NCBI RefSeq assembly: GCF_963506605.1
Contig: NC_083289.1
Coordinates: 53,320,001 to 53,384,000, forward strand
Direction: 5' to 3'
DNA: 64,000 nt
DNA from: Zootoca vivipara
Lineage: Eukaryota
In this document: positions 63,553 to 64,000 of the stretch, one piece after another
Position numbering within the stretch: the stretch's first letter is position 1
Layout of the letters: each line of letters opens with the position of its first letter
Translations under genes and position numbers: made by a program
The notes under the pieces: generated by a model
Database searches by the model: none
The model's input: the letters and a program-made list of their open reading frames with translations, nothing else
Told to the model about the DNA's origin: nothing

Positions 63553-64000
63553 CGGTGGTACCTCGGTTTACGAACTCAATCCGTTCTGGAAGTCCGTTCT
63601 TAAACCGAGGCACACTTTCCCTAATGAGGCCTCCCGCCGCCGGTGCCCTTCCACCGCTCGGCTTCCATTCTTAGACCGAGGTAAAGTTTGCAAACCGGGA
63701 CATTACTTCCGGTTTTGCGGAGTTCGTAAACCAAATCGTTCGTAAACAGGGCTGTTCTTAAACCACTGTATATAGCAGTGATGCCCAAACTTGGCCCTCC
63801 AGCTGTTTTGGGACTACAATTCTGATCATCCCTGACCACTGGAATGATGGGAGTTGTAGTCCCCAATCAGTTGGAGGGCCAAGTTTGGCCCTCTGCTATA
63901 TAGCAGGGGTGGCCAACTCCCAAGAGACTGTGATCTACTCACAGTGTTATAAACTGGCAGGGGGGTTCAGGTCCAAGTTGTTGAGCTTTTTTTAGGGAGG
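63553..64000. mobile_element. Three abutting DNA transposon remnants: mariner MITE 63553-63768, hAT MITE 63776-63895, second hAT from 63904
   Basis: ta|cggtggtacctc...accactg|ta; TSD gtatatag/ctatatag. Confidence 0.75.

Overview
Vertebrate genomic DNA. The repeat set (Sauria SINE, Squam3-type SINE, tRNA/CR1-tail SINE, Bov-B, CR1, L2, L1, Penelope-like elements, hAT and Tc1/mariner MITEs) points to a squamate, most likely a lacertid lizard. The whole window lies inside one minus-strand gene, RNF216 (TRIAD3, RBR-type E3 ubiquitin ligase). Thirteen internal coding exons were resolved to the base with GT-AG boundaries and consistent phases (63484 down to 1189). They encode the disordered N-terminus through RING1-IBR-RING2 to the start of the C-terminal tail. 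The first exons and the last exon lie outside the window. A 36.9 kb intron (12510-49435) splits the IBR domain. The other ORFs in the track are retroelement remnants or noise. Most notable observations: (1) Penelope-like elements with minimal hammerhead ribozyme motifs, one forming a perfect 93-bp palindrome; (2) two independent insertions where the end of one repeat has copied the unique flank of an inverted homologous repeat 5 kb or 35 kb away, a template-switch signature; (3) inverted repeats bracketing the catalytic exons, which could give an in-frame, stop-free 321-nt circle; (4) an apparent positional shift of the TRAF-binding PxQxT/S motif. No new gene system is evident. Exon numbers follow the human gene as recalled, not from an alignment.
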